A DNA stretch of 62,941 nt, filler included, from Octopus bimaculoides (GCF_001194135.2; 8 parts of 7 records of this genome joined end to end with filler, not necessarily neighbours in it), one strand, 5' to 3'. Counted from the first letter of the whole stretch, positions 24,933 through 39,365 are shown. Notes: generated by a model from the sequence alone, not told the origin. Numbers and translations are program-made.

Positions 24933-25568
24933 TACATGCATACGTTCAGGCATACATTACTGCCAAAGTGTATCAATACATTCGTGAGTATGCGTAAGTT
25001 CCCAACTTATCACGTGTTGCTTTCGTTTAGTTTATTACCCTGGTCGGGAGAAAGTAGCACTACTGACTTGATTGATGACGTTATCATTGAAATTATAAAA
25101 CCTTCTCCAATATATCGACTGGTGTATATATGTTATATATTTCCTTTAAATGAACCAGTAAACAATAGACCAGTTTGTCATAAAGTGTTGCAGCGATGCA
25201 ATATAAATAATATCAAGTTATATGATAAGTTAGAAATATCAGTATACATTGAATCCTTACGTTGAATTGATTAACTTTATAAAACAACTCATTTTTCTTT
25301 TTCGTTTTGTCTTATTTTTGTTGTTGTTTTTTTTTTACATTTCCTTCTGTGCTTCAAATATCCAGAGTCAATAATACTTATTTAAGGTTTATACTAATAC
25401 TGGACAACCGCTTCTCTTTCTATCATATACATCTAGCTTTAAAAATTCGACCACAAAATAGTATTTTTGCGGCCGGTAATCAAAACTGATCAATAGACAC
25501 ACATTACATATATATTAAAAGTCAGGGTAAGTTTGCATGTTTGTGTGTATGCATATATATATATATAT

Positions 25569-25642
<74 letters not shown>

Positions 25643-26935
25643 GTAATGNNNNNNNNNNNNNNNNNNNNNNNNNNNNNNNNNNNNNNNNNNNNNNNNNNNN
25701 NNNNNNNNNNNNNNNNNNNNNNNNNNNNNNNNNNNNNNNNNNNNNNNNNNNNNNNNNNNNNNNNNNNNNNNNNNNNNNNNNNNNNNNNNNATATATATAT
25801 ATATATATATATATAGATGATTTTTATTAGTTAAACAACGATATATTCAATGTTACATTATGTGAAAAAATGAAAATAATATGACCTGGAAATTGCATAT
25901 TTTATATTTAATACAATGCGCTGCCCAGATTTAGTTTGTCTCTTCAGTCTGGTCGTCGTATTGGTGCTATTACAGTTCCTTTTGTAGAGCTAGCTAGTCG
26001 CATAACAAGACGTAAACAATACACCCTCGTTTTCACCGCCAAAATGATTTCTAAAATCCCAAATATATCACCTCCCTGGGGGATTTTTTCTGAATATATT
26101 GTTTGTCTTATGCGTTCAAAAATCTGATCACATAAACTGTAATCCAGTACAATCTGTTGCATGCACAGGGTTATCGAGAAATCGGTGATGATTGTTAGAA
26201 GTCGCGTGCTCTGCAACCAAAGTACCACCAGTAAAATACCTATCATGTCTCATGAAAAGGCGACAAGTCGGCAGAGGTCGTTGAAGAGTTTTGCTAGAGG
26301 GCCGTAAAAGTCGGTTTGTTAGTGTCGCTTTGAACTCGCACCGAACACGTAAGTTGCCGTAATGGTAGTTGTTCGAATTAGTGTGTGTTTTTTCCCGTCG
26401 CTAGAATGTGGTAAGTGTTCGATTCTCCTGCTCACAGCTCTGCAGCGTTAACCAGATAGAAGAGATGTCTTATTGGGTTTAAAGAATAGCATTCGAGCGA
26501 AAAACAAGAGCGCTTACAAGAGTGCTTGGCACAACGGAAATGAGTGCTGTGTGCAAAAATCGAACACTACTACCTATGAGTGGGGTACCAATTACCTTAA
26601 AACATCTGGCAAATGGTCGTCAGGATATAAAAGTGACGACGTAAAAAGAAATAGAAATAATATTAACTTCCGATGCACGTCAATCTCAAATGTTGTGGTG
26701 AGAGTCATTCACACCCCAGGGTGATTGGAAGAATGGACTATCCGAACTCTTATAAAGAGTAGTGGTCGGTAGTAGTCAGAGAGAGTCTTTTGGTAGTCGC
26801 GCGAAGTATGTCGTGTGAACACATTGATTTAACCTCCGCTGCAACCTGTGGCGGGAAATAAAATTTACGTAACTTTACATGCGTCTTTGCAGAGCTGAGC
26901 TCAGTGAACTAAGTGGATAAACTTAACTATCTACT

Positions 26936-27314
26936 GTTGTCACTCCGTCGCTTACGGCGTCGAGGGTTACAGTAGATCCGATCAACGGAGCAGCCTGCTC
27001 GTGAAATTAACGTGCAAGTGGCTAAGCACTTCACAGACACGTGTACCCTTAACTTAGTTCTCGGGGATATTCAGCGTGACACAGCGTGACAAAGCCGACC
27101 CTTTGAATTACAGGTACAACAGACACAGGAAGAAAGAGTGAGAGAAAGTTGTGGTGAAAGAGTACAGCAGGATTCGCCACCATCCCCTGCCGGAGCATCG
27201 TGGAGCTTTAGGTGTTTTCGCTCAATAAACACTCACAACACCCGGTCTGGGAAGTGAAACCACGATCCTATGACCGCGATTCCGCTGCCCTAACCACTGG
27301 GCCATTGAGCCTCC
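26936..27314 (-). mobile_element. Full-length young tRNA-derived SINE with a perfect 15-bp TSD
   Basis: Head ggaggctcaatggcccagtggttagggcagcgg...gtggtttcacttccc. The TSD acttaactatctact occurs at 26921-26935 and 27315-27329. The same head occurs at 43212 and 50146. Confidence 0.9.
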
Positions 27315-28829
27315 ACTTAACTATCTACTAGCTTACTTCAAATGAACAAATTCATTAGCACATGAATTTAAGCCTCGACTTATTTAACACAACGATACAG
27401 TAACCAAGTGCAGCTCATTCCCTATAATCTGGTCTTTGTGGTAAAGATTGTGTGATTGATTTAACACAAATATCTCACAGACTACGTGTCTATGCCGTGA
27501 CGTTCCCGTCGAATTGCCTTATTGATTGATTGTTTTCTATTACATACGCGTATTTGACGTTCATGCATCGATTATTAGAGTCAGCATAGTATGCAATTCA
27601 TATCGTCGTGAATGTTTCACTTTCTCGGTGACTTCATAGCTATTATTACATATAAGATAACTGCTAAGAATGGGTATTTGTAATATGTCTGTCAGTTTAG
27701 ATTGCAATCAAACTAGTGTTATCTATTGAACTTACACAATTAAATTCGGTTGTTTTGAATCATCCACTAGATTTCCTAATGAGAGACTGCAGGCCAAAGG
27801 AAAATAGATATCTGAAGACAAAAACAGAATGCATTCACATAGCTTATGATTTTCGTATAGAGACCAACTAATGAACTGCAATAATTCCTCCAGTACGATC
27901 CATTTTTTATACTAACGTATCTGAATATATTTCGGAAACTTACTCAGAAGACCACAGTGTAAGGAACTGTATAATTTAATGTATTTCATTTTACTTTTTT
28001 TCTGTTTTGCTATTATAAATAATTTAATTTCCTTTCAACTGTTATTATTTTTTTTTATATTTATCATGTACAAATTATAATATATAAATCATTCCTAATT
28101 ATATATTATAATTTGTTATAATTTGTTATAATTCCTTCGTACATTTGGATAAAAAGGAATATTGTTCTTTGCATACGTTTTAATGTTAACTATATTTAAA
28201 ATTTCAACTCGATAAATTATTTTCTATACAATATTAATGGACTTTGCGGTATTTTAGTATGACCTTATAACAGAATCGACATTATTCTTATCGGAGTGTG
28301 ATATTGTTTTTGTACTGCGTTTCTTTTTAAACTTCCATAAAAAAAAAAACAGTTTAAAAATAACATTCATACTCTGTGTTCCTTTTAGAATTAAGATAAA
28401 CACCAACCAATCAACTCTCTTTTAAAAACTTCATTTGGGAATAATATATTTTATATCATGGATATCAACAAACCACAAGTTGGTTCAGACAAAAATCACC
28501 AAATCTGCTCTACATGCCATAGAATAATAAACACTCTTGGAAATTCTGTTTATACGTAAGCTCCGAAATATATGTTTTTTAAGCGTTCACCCAGCGGCCT
28601 TAATGAGTTCCGAGGGCAGCGGAAAATGCAAAGCATATGAGGCAACTGATTAGTTTTCTAAAATTCTCGTTTATTACTCACCCTTTCTCACACAGACAAT
28701 ATACACATACGTAAACACTAACACACACAAGTGAACATACAAATATATCCCTTACGAAAAATTGTAAATATCCAAGCGAAGTATATACTGCAGGCTAGGC
28801 CAAAGGTATCTTGATTAAATGAAGTTTAT

Positions 28830-29150
28830 ATTGTTGTAAGGAGGTACGAGCGATTCAATCAGAATGTGTAGACAGCCCGGTTAGAGTGAAGAAATGTTGG
28901 GAAAAGAAAATTAGGAGTGTAAGACAGGAAATATAGAAAAGAGAAAACAATAAAAACCTAAGGGACTGGGAGAGTTGTAAGTAATTTAAGCAAGGTCATT
29001 ATGCAGGTGGTTTTTAATAGGGTCATTTTGGCCGAGTCATAGAGATATGCAAGGGGCGTGGTATCTGAAAGGAACAGCGGGTAAGTATTTGAGAGTAGAA
29101 CGGAGAAAAAATGTACTTGACTTGATGGCGTAGTAGAAGACATTCCACTT
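28830..29150 (-). mobile_element. Decayed LINE 3' end with pyrimidine-rich UTR
   Basis: The minus strand gives ORF-like text (AKMTLLKT..LLKLLTTLP) running into a poly-pyrimidine tail. Clade not assignable. Confidence 0.3.
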
Positions 29151-31309
29151 TTTTTACTCTCACAACCACTAAATTTTAAACCTCCAATCTATTCACATTA
29201 TATTCACAATAACTCCTTATTTATTGTCTATATCTTTGCTTTTCCTTACTATTTGTACCATTTCATTTCTCTTTTCCGCCTGCCTCTACATCCCCCCCCC
29301 ACTTCTGTATACTTACATGTACATAAGCTTACACACGCACCTCTACTATTTCATACAGTATACATGCTCACGCACAACGATAAACATTCCTTAATTCTTA
29401 GATTGTAGCATTCTTCTTCATTTCAGTTAGAGTTTCAATTTTTACTACTACACCATCACCTTCGTGACAACAAATGCTTCCCCTTCTTCCGTCCACATTA
29501 TCCGTTCATATACCACTCTACTTGCATATCTCTATATATACGTATATATTCGTGCATGCATACACACACACACACACACAAATATATTCATATACGTATC
29601 TATGTTAGTGCGTGTATATATCTGCTTGCAATTTTAAATATATATGACATCTTTGCACTGCTTGATATCATTTTTGTCTTGCAACTATTCATAACGGTAT
29701 AGGTTATGTGGCTAAATGTGTATATACTTCTAACCGTATTAGAAATTTGCATAAAAACTAGAATATATAACACTATATGCTCGCCAATTGGCTCAGAGTG
29801 CATTCAACCGATATATTCCATTTATGTATATTATCAATTTCAATATCATTGTTTGTTACTTAATTGATTTGCAACTAATAGATATTTAATATTCCCAGAC
29901 TTATTAATAACTTTCCATTGCTAATTTGTGATATCTGCTGATAGCAAATATAGACAGATGTAAATTGGTGATTGCTACAGGAACAGCTCAACAGGTGATC
30001 AGTAATTATTGTCCTCATTCAGACTAGAATATAATTTAGTGACTCAATTGCAGGAAATCTAGAAGATGATCACATGAAGATATTAAAATGTTCAACTAAA
30101 CGAAGAGTAAACATCAAAGATCTTGACGACTAGGTATGACTCAGCGTGCTACATCTTAAATCTCCGGAACATCAGATAAAATAAAGAACCATAGTTTACA
30201 TGTGAATGATTCACGAAGTTCCACTCTTGAAATCTCGGAAACAAAGTTAGAAGATATGCGTAGACAAACACCAATTTTCCTTTCCAAAGTATTCACGTAT
30301 AATATGTGTGTAGTCATAAAATTAAATAACGAAAATCGTCTCTACCGTTTTATGTATTTCTCGAGAAGCGATGCCATGTAAAGAAAATATAAAATATTTT
30401 TTTCAGGCATAGATGATAAATATACGGAACACTAAAGGCAGTGTACCAGTGTAGTCTCCGTTGCTTTAGTTTTAAACAGACTAAAGACTTACATAATTAT
30501 GGAATATTCTGAGACAATTATAATTTACAAACTACAAAGCATTATTTTGCTTGTGTTCTGTTACTAAATAATTTCCGTGATCAACGCTTTAATGTGAAGA
30601 ACGTCAATCTTCTGAAATGCTATCTGTCTTGTCTCCATTCATCTTTGGCAGAGCGATAGCTCTAAACTTAGAATGTAATGATTCATATTGAGTCTTCGAA
30701 CAGCACGGTTACCGTTTCATCAAGTTTCCTATTCAAATTTCTTTCGTTTCAGTAGAGTTCATAACCGGCAGTCCATTACAATCTTCCACTCATACTTTTT
30801 GATTGCTGCAGTTTGTACACATGTTTTCTCCAGATTAGTTTCATCTTACATGCTCTGTTCTCACTCCTATTTTCCCACTTTCCGTATCGGTTTGAGATAC
30901 ATATATATATATACACACAAACATATATACATATATATGCATACATGAATACAAACGTCTATACATACATGCATAAAAACATACATGTACACATGGTGTA
31001 AGTCAACTAATGACCGAGTAAGACTACTTCCAAAACTAAATAAATTTGTGCAAACGTCCTGAGAGTAAAGATTTCTGCGCGTGAATTCGTTTGGTGTCGA
31101 TTAAGTGTTGCATAGTACGGACTAACAATACAACGGAATCAGCTACAAAAAGCAGTAGTGTAACTGAAATTGAGACGACCAGAGACCCACTCCGCTTCAA
31201 GTGTTTTTATATGAGTTCATTTTCTGAAAAGAGGTTTTAACGAGTACTGCTGGGCATTCACTCTCTCTCTCTGTCGCTCTCTCTCTCTCTCTGTCTCTGT
31301 CTCTCTCTC

Positions 31310-31352
<43 letters not shown>

Positions 31353-32256
31353 ATCTTTATCTCTCACTCCCTCTTTCTTTCATCCACATATTAGTTAACC
31401 CATATTTGGGACCCTAGCCAGTGCTCTGACTCTGGATCAAAGTTGACCCCGGAAACGTTGCGGCTAAAAAGTGGTTAAGCACTCCTCAAAATCCTGGAAC
31501 TTTCTCTCAGGGTCCCAGCGTTGTTTAAAATCATACACAACACATATATACATGCATACACACGTACAAATATATGTGTATATGNNNNNNNNNNNNNNNN
31601 NNNNNNNNNNNNNNNNNNNNNNNNNNNNNNNNNNNNNNNNNNNNNNNNNNNNNNNNNNNNNNNNNNNNNNNNNNNNNNNNNNNNNNNNNNNNNNNNNNNN
31701 NNNNNNNNNNNNNNNNNNNNNNNNNNNNNNNNNNNNNNNNNNNNNNNNNNNNNNNNNNNNNNNNNNNNNNNNNNNNNNNNNNNNNNNNNNNNNNNNNNNN
31801 NNNNNNNNNNNNNNNNNNNNNNNNNNNNNNNNNNNNNNNNNNNNNNNNNNNNNNNNNNNNNNNNNNNNNNNNNNNNNNNNNNNNNNNNNNNNNNNNNNNN
31901 NNNNNNNNNNNNNNNNNNNNNNNNNNNNNNNNNNNNNNNNNNNNNNNNNNNNNNNNNNNNNNNNNNNNNNNNNNNNNNNNNNNNNNNNNNNNNNNNNNNN
32001 NNNNNNNNNNNNNNNNNNNNNNNNNNNNNNNNNNNNNNNNNNNNNNNNNNNNNNNNNNNNNNNNNNNNNNNNNNNNNNNNNNNNNNNNNNNNNNNNNNNN
32101 NNNNNNNNNNNNNNNNNNNNNNNNNNNNNNNNNNNNNNNNNNNNNNNNNNNNNNNNNNNNNNNNNNNNNNNNNNNNNNNNNNNNNNNNNNNNNNNNNNNN
32201 NNNNNNNNNNNNNNNNNNNNNNNNNNNNNNNNNNNNNNNNNNNNNNNNNNNNNNNN

Positions 32257-32297
<41 letters not shown>

Positions 32298-32299
32298 GA

Positions 32300-32490
32300 G
32301 AATTTACGAAAAAAACAACAGACGAAGACAGGTGGTGTAAACAACAAATGGATGTATTAGTTTAACGCTCGGGAATAGAGAAAGTATTTGACGTTTCGAG
32401 CTACGCTCTTCAACTGAAAGGAGCACATAAAGAAATAAGGAGAAAAACGAGGAGAAAAAATATAAATGTAGTGGTCAGCGATCTATCATG
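32300..32490 (-). mobile_element. Penelope-like terminal repeat fragment with a degenerate hammerhead-like motif
   Basis: The minus strand reads cagttgaagagcgtagctcgaaacgtc. The preceding + strand atgtattagt motif is shared with 36150-36300 and 36670-36800. Confidence 0.4.
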
Positions 32491-32719
32491 GCGAATATAT
32501 ATACATAGAAACATACATAAGTAATTACATACATACACATACACACACACATACATATACATGCATTCCTACATACATATACTCGTGCAGTCCCAAGATG
32601 CAACTGAAAATGTTGCTTATGTCACATTTCTCTGGAAGATTTAACATGTGATTAGCATTTACCCAAGGCTGTCGTCATAATACTACCTCCTAATGTGAAA
32701 CGACGTTTTCTCTGAAGCA

Positions 32720-32910
32720 ATATGCAATGCCAGTCCAAAGAATCACTGTCCTGGAATAGATACATAGAACTGAATACCAATATAAGCATCAGCACAAGGA
32801 GTATTGGTAGAAGACTCCCATCAAATTTTCTACCAAGTGCAAACATAAAACGGATTAATATTGTTACTGGAACAGTAAAATATGCGAAGCTTTACAGAAT
32901 ATAATGATGT
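32720..32910 (+). mobile_element. Relic of an RLE-type LINE
   Basis: HKEYW*KTPIKFSTKCKH, homologous to KEYWWNIPIKTSVKCKHNRPD at ~45110-45175. Confidence 0.45.
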
Positions 32911-33575
32911 TTTATATTTTTGTTTGAAAGCAGCCACTTTCTTACCGGAAATTTCGAATATTTAAAATATATTAGACAGCATATATACATATGGCTATAA
33001 GCGTGAGGTTTTAACTCTGACTATTTCATACCTCTCATCAATTCACCCTTCTTCTATCAATTTAATTACAATCCTATATACCTATTCATTAGAAGTCATT
33101 TTTGTCTCTTTCCCCACTCTGTCACTCTTACTTTTTATTTGATTAGCATGCAAAATTCCCTTGCAGATGGATTATCTTCCTTCATTTTCCTGTTATGTCA
33201 TGTTCAATTGCATTTTAACACTTTCTTAAAGTTTCTACTTTTTTGCTTGTTTTAAAAGTCTTTCTCGCTTTATTTCCTTTACTCCGTCGCTACATTTTGC
33301 CTATCTACTTCCAGGTTTTCCCGATCCCTTTATTTATCAATGATTTATACATCTAGAACAGGATTTATTACGGATGGTTTCCAAATATTTCTTTTCTTTC
33401 TCCTTATATTCCAGTCCTGATCCAACCATTGCCATCCATTATTTCACACAACAACTCAGCACATACTTCCTTATTTTGTTCCCATGCTCGACCGTTTCCG
33501 TCTGTCCAATATACCACCTTATCATATTTCATCCATGAACAATTACTGATATCTTTGTTTCTCTCTCTATGTATA

Positions 33576-33615
<40 letters not shown>

Positions 33616-33868
33616 NNNNNNNNNNNNNNNNNNNNNNNNNNNNNNNNNNNNNNNNNNNNNNNNNNNNNNNNNNNNNNNNNNNNNNNNNNNNNNNNNNNNN
33701 NNNNNNNNNNNNNNNNNNNNNNNNNNNNNNNNNNNNNNNNNNNNNNNNNNNNNNNNNNNNNNNNNNNNNNNNNNNNNNNNNNNNNNNNNNNNNNNNNNNN
33801 NNNNNNNNNNNNNNNNNNNNNNNNNNNNNNNNNNNNNNNNNNNNNNNNNNTCTGTCTGTCTGTCTCTA

Positions 33869-33900
<32 letters not shown>

Positions 33901-34498
33901 CCTCCCTCCCAGCTGATTTCTGTTAAAGACAAAATCACATTTGGTTGTCGTGAGAATTACTTTCACTTTACTGAACACTAACATCATTAATTTTGTATTT
34001 CTTTTCACTAACAGTGCTTAAAAGTATAAAAAATAATCAATTCAAAACACAGAGTACTTAATATTACGCGTCCATGCGTCTAGTGTCATTAGTGATGCAG
34101 TAAGCTTGCTAAGCTGACCGTATTAATACATTTCCCGGAGAGGAGAGGAAAGAGTGATAACAAATGTCCCTATGGTAGGCTGAATTTCTGAAGTAATTTA
34201 TACTTTTCAGTGGGTATCAATCCAGTATAGTACATATAAATGATGTGATAGAAAATATCTTAAAATTCCAAGTATAGAACGTGAAAGACTTATATGGTAA
34301 TATTTTTTTGTCAAAATTCATTCGAGAAAATGCTTTACATTCACCACTCCCTCATATTATAAATATATATATGTATGTATGTATATATATATATATATNN
34401 NNNNNNNNNNNNNNNNNNNNNNNNNNNNNNNNNNNNNNNNNNTTAATTAATTAANNNNNNNNNNNNNNNNNNNNNNNNNNNNNNNNNNNNNNNNNNNN

Positions 34499-34575
<77 letters not shown>

Positions 34576-35099
34576 GTGTGTATGTGTGTGTGTGTGTGTG
34601 TGCGTGTGTGTGTGTGTGTGTATTTATATATCTCTATATATCTCTATATATATATGTATATATATATGTATGTATATATGTATGTTTTATGGATGGATGT
34701 TTGCATGCATGTATGCATGTATGTATGTATAGACACACACACACACACACCTTTATATATTGAGTTCGATGTATCCTGTTTGTTTCACCAAAGCTGTGTG
34801 TGTGCGCGTGTGCTTGTCTGTGTGTGTGTGTGTGAACCATTTTCTTGTAAAACATAATACACACATACACAAACACATGTTTTACATATTTATACATATG
34901 CTTGACACCGACACACACACACACACACATACACACACACACACACATGCATGTATACGTACATGTATGTGCGTGTAATGTCGTTAGAACGTCTTGGAAC
35001 CGATCCCAGAATCAGGCCAAACCAATAAGAAATCTCTAAGAGGTTTCCTTGTCTCCTTGTAAGAAACGGAGAGATAGAGACAAACAAGAAAAGGCTGCT

Positions 35100-35175
35100 T
35101 ATGACTTCCGGTTTCACTGACGTAGTTATGTCACGGTTTCCGGTTGAAAGACGTCATCTTTCGGCCATGTCGTGT
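35100..35175. promoter_or_regulatory. Candidate housekeeping-type promoter motif cluster
   Basis: ACTTCCGG (35104-35111, ETS), TGACGT (35118-35123), TTCCGG (35138-35143), ACGTCA (35151-35156) and a CGTCATCTT YY1-like site, all in a short CpG-rich, non-repetitive-looking block. Confidence 0.4.
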
Positions 35176-35236
35176 CGAGATTTCATGGCTGCAGTCGAGT
35201 GCAAAGCGACTGTTGAGAGAGAATCATGGATAATCT

Positions 35237-35276
<40 letters not shown>

Positions 35277-35312
35277 ATATTTATATAGATATACAAACAG
35301 ATTTTCGTGTAC

Positions 35313-35381
<69 letters not shown>

Positions 35382-36149
35382 GTCGTACAGCGGCATTGTC
35401 GTCATCAATATCATCATCATCATCATCATCATTATGAATTTTTTTATTTAAAAAGTGACAAAACAAGCAAAATCTAATTACTTTATAATCATTATNNNNN
35501 NNNNNNNNNNNNNNNNNNNNNNNNNNNNNNNNNNNNNNNNNNNNNNNNNNNNNNNNNNNNNNNNNNNNNNNNNNNNNNNNNNNNNNNNNNNNNNNNNNNN
35601 NNNNNNNNNNNNNNNNNNNNNNNNNNNNNNNNNNNNNNNNNNNNNNNNNNNNNNNNNNNNNNNNNNNNNNNNNNNNNNNNNNNNNNNNNNNNNNNNNNNN
35701 NNNNNNNNNNNNNNNNNNNNNNNNNNNNNNNNNNNNNNNNNNNNNNNNNNNNNNNNNNNNNNNNNNNNNNNNNNNNNNNNNNNNNNNNNNNNNNNNNNNN
35801 NNNNNNNNNNNNNNGTAGAACTGAGAGTGAGGTGATCAATAATATTTAATACCAGTAAGATACCAGTGTTTGGAAGTGGGGCTTAACTATATACAAATCC
35901 ACCCTCAAAATATAGGCTAGTAGTAGTAGTAATAGTAGTAGTAGTAGTAGTAGTAGTAGTAGAAGTAGAAGTAGTAGAAGAAGAAGAAGTTGTAGTAGTA
36001 GTAGTCACTACCATTCTCACCAGACAGACAGACAGACAGCTAGCTAGATAGATAGATAGACAGATAGATGTGTGTGTGCGTGTGTATGTGTAGGGAAATC
36101 GAAAATTAAAAATAACAATTAACAGAACGACAAAAGTCAAAATACGTAT

Positions 36150-36600
36150 ACACGAAATGTATTAGGTTGGCGCTCAGTATAAGATGGCGAAAAGAGTGGG
36201 TGCTAAACGTTTCGAGCATAGCTCTTCGTCAGAATGAGAAAGGAAAGGTCCGGAGAAAGAAAAAAAACGTCGAAGAAAAGCACGTGTGTGGTTGCCATAG
36301 CTGATATATGCACCGGATGTAGAAATATTCGGCTCGGTATCCGAGGACGCATTAAACTCTTTGGGAGAGAGAGATCCTTAGTCTTTGTTAAAGCATCCTT
36401 CCAGGAAATGGTTAACGTGTATATAGAACCCGTTGCTCTACTGATCCGGATACCTTGTACTTTGCTTGTCTCTGGGCTTCTTGGTATTACTAGTGAGAGT
36501 CGTTGTGGTGTTATGCAAGTCGCAGTCGACTTAAAACCCCTTCACGGGCATTGTTGTTGTCCCCATCAGCGATGGTTGCGCTTGTCTAACGTGTAAACAG
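36150..36600 (-). mobile_element. Probable Penelope-like 3' fragment: decayed endonuclease tail plus hammerhead-like motif
   Basis: Broken frames give KVQGIR and LSPKEFN (compare GIY-YIG C-terminal LxPxGLN). They are followed on the same strand by CTGACGA-A-GAGC-tat-GCTC-GAAAC-GTT at 36232-36206. Confidence 0.45.
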
Positions 36601-38804
36601 CCATCATTCCATGTGTGTGTGTGTGTGTGTGTGTGTGTGAAGAAATCAATGGCCTTAAAAAGAAGACAACACAAAAAAAGACAAGTTTTAACAAAATGTA
36701 TTAGTGTAAGGCTTAAAAAAGAAGGAAACGAGTTTTAACGTTTCGGATAGTAGTCTTTTATCAGAAGAAAACTAGAAAAAAAAAATAAAAGAGTGCATAG
36801 AGGGACGGTCATTAGCTTTTATAACAGTCAAGTTNNNNNNNNNNNNNNNNNNNNNNNNNNNNNNNNNNNNNNNNNNNNTTAATTAATTAANNNNNNNNNN
36901 NNNNNNNNNNNNNNNNNNNNNNNNNNNNNNNNNNTATATATATATATATATATATTGTATATAGGTATATATTATATATAGGTATATATATAAGTATCTA
37001 TATATATATATGTAGTATATATAAGCATACACTTATATATGAATGTATGTATATATGAATATATGTATATACGTTATGAATGAAGATATAAGATAGTGTT
37101 TTAGTTAATCAAATTTTGATTATAAATTTCAACCTAGATAGAGAATATAAGAAAAAGTGAAAACGTGTTGTTGCCAATGAAGAATGGAAAATATAATATA
37201 TCCGTAAATATTTTTATCAATACAAGAACAGCACACTCGCCGTCGCTCGCGCACACATAAACACTATGTGTGTGCGTGTAAGTACGCGCGTGTGTGCGTG
37301 TGTGCATTGGTACAAAGTTTTATGTGTACGTATGCGTGAAAGTGTATGAATATTTGTTGCTTTTTGCTTTCCATATACATTGATTATAAAGAAGATTCTA
37401 AATCCGTTTGAAATGTTATGCCCTGTAGTTGTATAGAATAATATAATTAGAAATATACTGTTATTCCAGACGCCGGATATAGTTAGAAACATAGATATAT
37501 CATTTTCTCAACGTATGCATACATGCATATATATATTTACAGTAATAATTTCATTCATATATACACACAGTCATGAAAATATTTATGCAAGGGCATAGAC
37601 ATATGAAGCATACCTAAGTCTAAGATGTATAATGCACTACAAATGTATGATTATACATACAAGATATATATATATACATATATATATATAATAATAATAC
37701 GGAAAAATTTGGATAAGTACTGTTTTCACTTTGCTAAAGATTTTCTACTATTTGAAAATAATATGTATTCTTGTTTTTATACTATTCATTTGTTTCTTTA
37801 TAGATTATTTTAATANNNNNNNNNNNNNNNNNNNNNNNNNNNNNNNNNNNNNNNNNNNNNNNNNNNNNNNNNNNNNNNNNNNNNNNNNNNNNNNNNNNNN
37901 NNNNNNNNNNNNNNNNNNNNNNNNNNNNNNNNNNNNNNNNNNNNNNNNNNNNNNNNNNNNNNNNNNNNNNNNNNNNNNNNNNNNNNNNNNNNNNNNNNNN
38001 NNNNNNNNNNNNNNNNNNNNNNNNNNNNNNNNNNNNNNNNNNNNNNNNNNNNNNNNNNNNNNNNNNNNNNNNNNNNNNNNNNNNNNNNNNNNNNNNNNNN
38101 NNNNNNNNNNNNNNNNNNNNNNNNNNNNNNNNNNNNNNNNNNNNNNNNNNNNNNNNNNNNNNNNNNNNNNNNNNNNNNNNNNNNNNNNNNNNNNNNNNNN
38201 NNNNNNNNNNNNNNNNNNNNNNNNNNNNNNNNNNNNNNNNNNNNNNNNNNNNNNNNNNNNNNNNNNNNNNNNNNNNNNNNNNNNNNNNNNNNNNNNNNNN
38301 NNNNNNNNNNNNNNNNNNNNNNNNNNNNNNNNNNNNNNNNNNNNNNNNNNNNNNNNNNNNNNNNNNNNNNNNNNNNNNNNNNNNNNNNNNNNNNNNNNNN
38401 NNNNNNNNNNNNNNNNNNNNNNNNNNNNNNNNNNNNNNNNNNNNNNNNNNNNNNNNNNNNNNNNNNNNNNNNNNNNNNNNNNNNNNNNNNNNNNNNNNNN
38501 NNNNNNNNNNNNNNNNNNNNNNNNNNNNNNNNNNNNNNNNNNNNNNNNNNNNNNNNNNNNNNNNNNNNNNNNNNNNNNNNNNNNNNNNNNNNNNNNNNNN
38601 NNNNNNNNNNNNNNNNNNNNNNNNNNNNNNNNNNNNNNNNNNNNNNNNNNNNNNNNNNNNNNNNNNNNNNNNNNNNNNNNNNNNNNNNNNNNNNNNNNNN
38701 NNNNNNNNATTATACTCATTTAATGTGCTTTTAATTATTAATTTTTCTATATGCGATAGTGGATTTTCATCGATGAGTTCTTGAAAATTGGTTATTTTCC
38801 CTAA

Positions 38805-38847
<43 letters not shown>

Positions 38848-39322
38848 ACATAATATATACAGATTCATGTATAGTATATCTTTGTGAATGCATATGGATT
38901 GAATATGTCCTTTTCTCTCTTTATCTATATCTATCTTCGTCTCTCTCTCTCTCTCTCTGTTTATATACATATATTTATATATGTGTATGTATATATGTAA
39001 TATATGCTTATATGTATGTATACATGTATATATACATGACATGCATGTGTGTATGTATGTGTTGAAAGCATGCATGTGTATATGTATACTTGTATATATG
39101 CATGTTACATGTATGCAGATATACAATAACCTTTTTACTGTAATGTCTGCCAAGAATATGTTATTCAATACAAATCATTTTAAACAGTTCTATGAAACAT
39201 TTTTAGTGCCGGCTTTATAAAAGAATATCACTGATGAGACACTTACTAAATGTTCTGTCGCTGCTGACATTTCAATGCTATGATTGAAGAAACCAGACGG
39301 GTTAATAACACTATTTTCTGTA

Positions 39323-39365
<43 letters not shown>

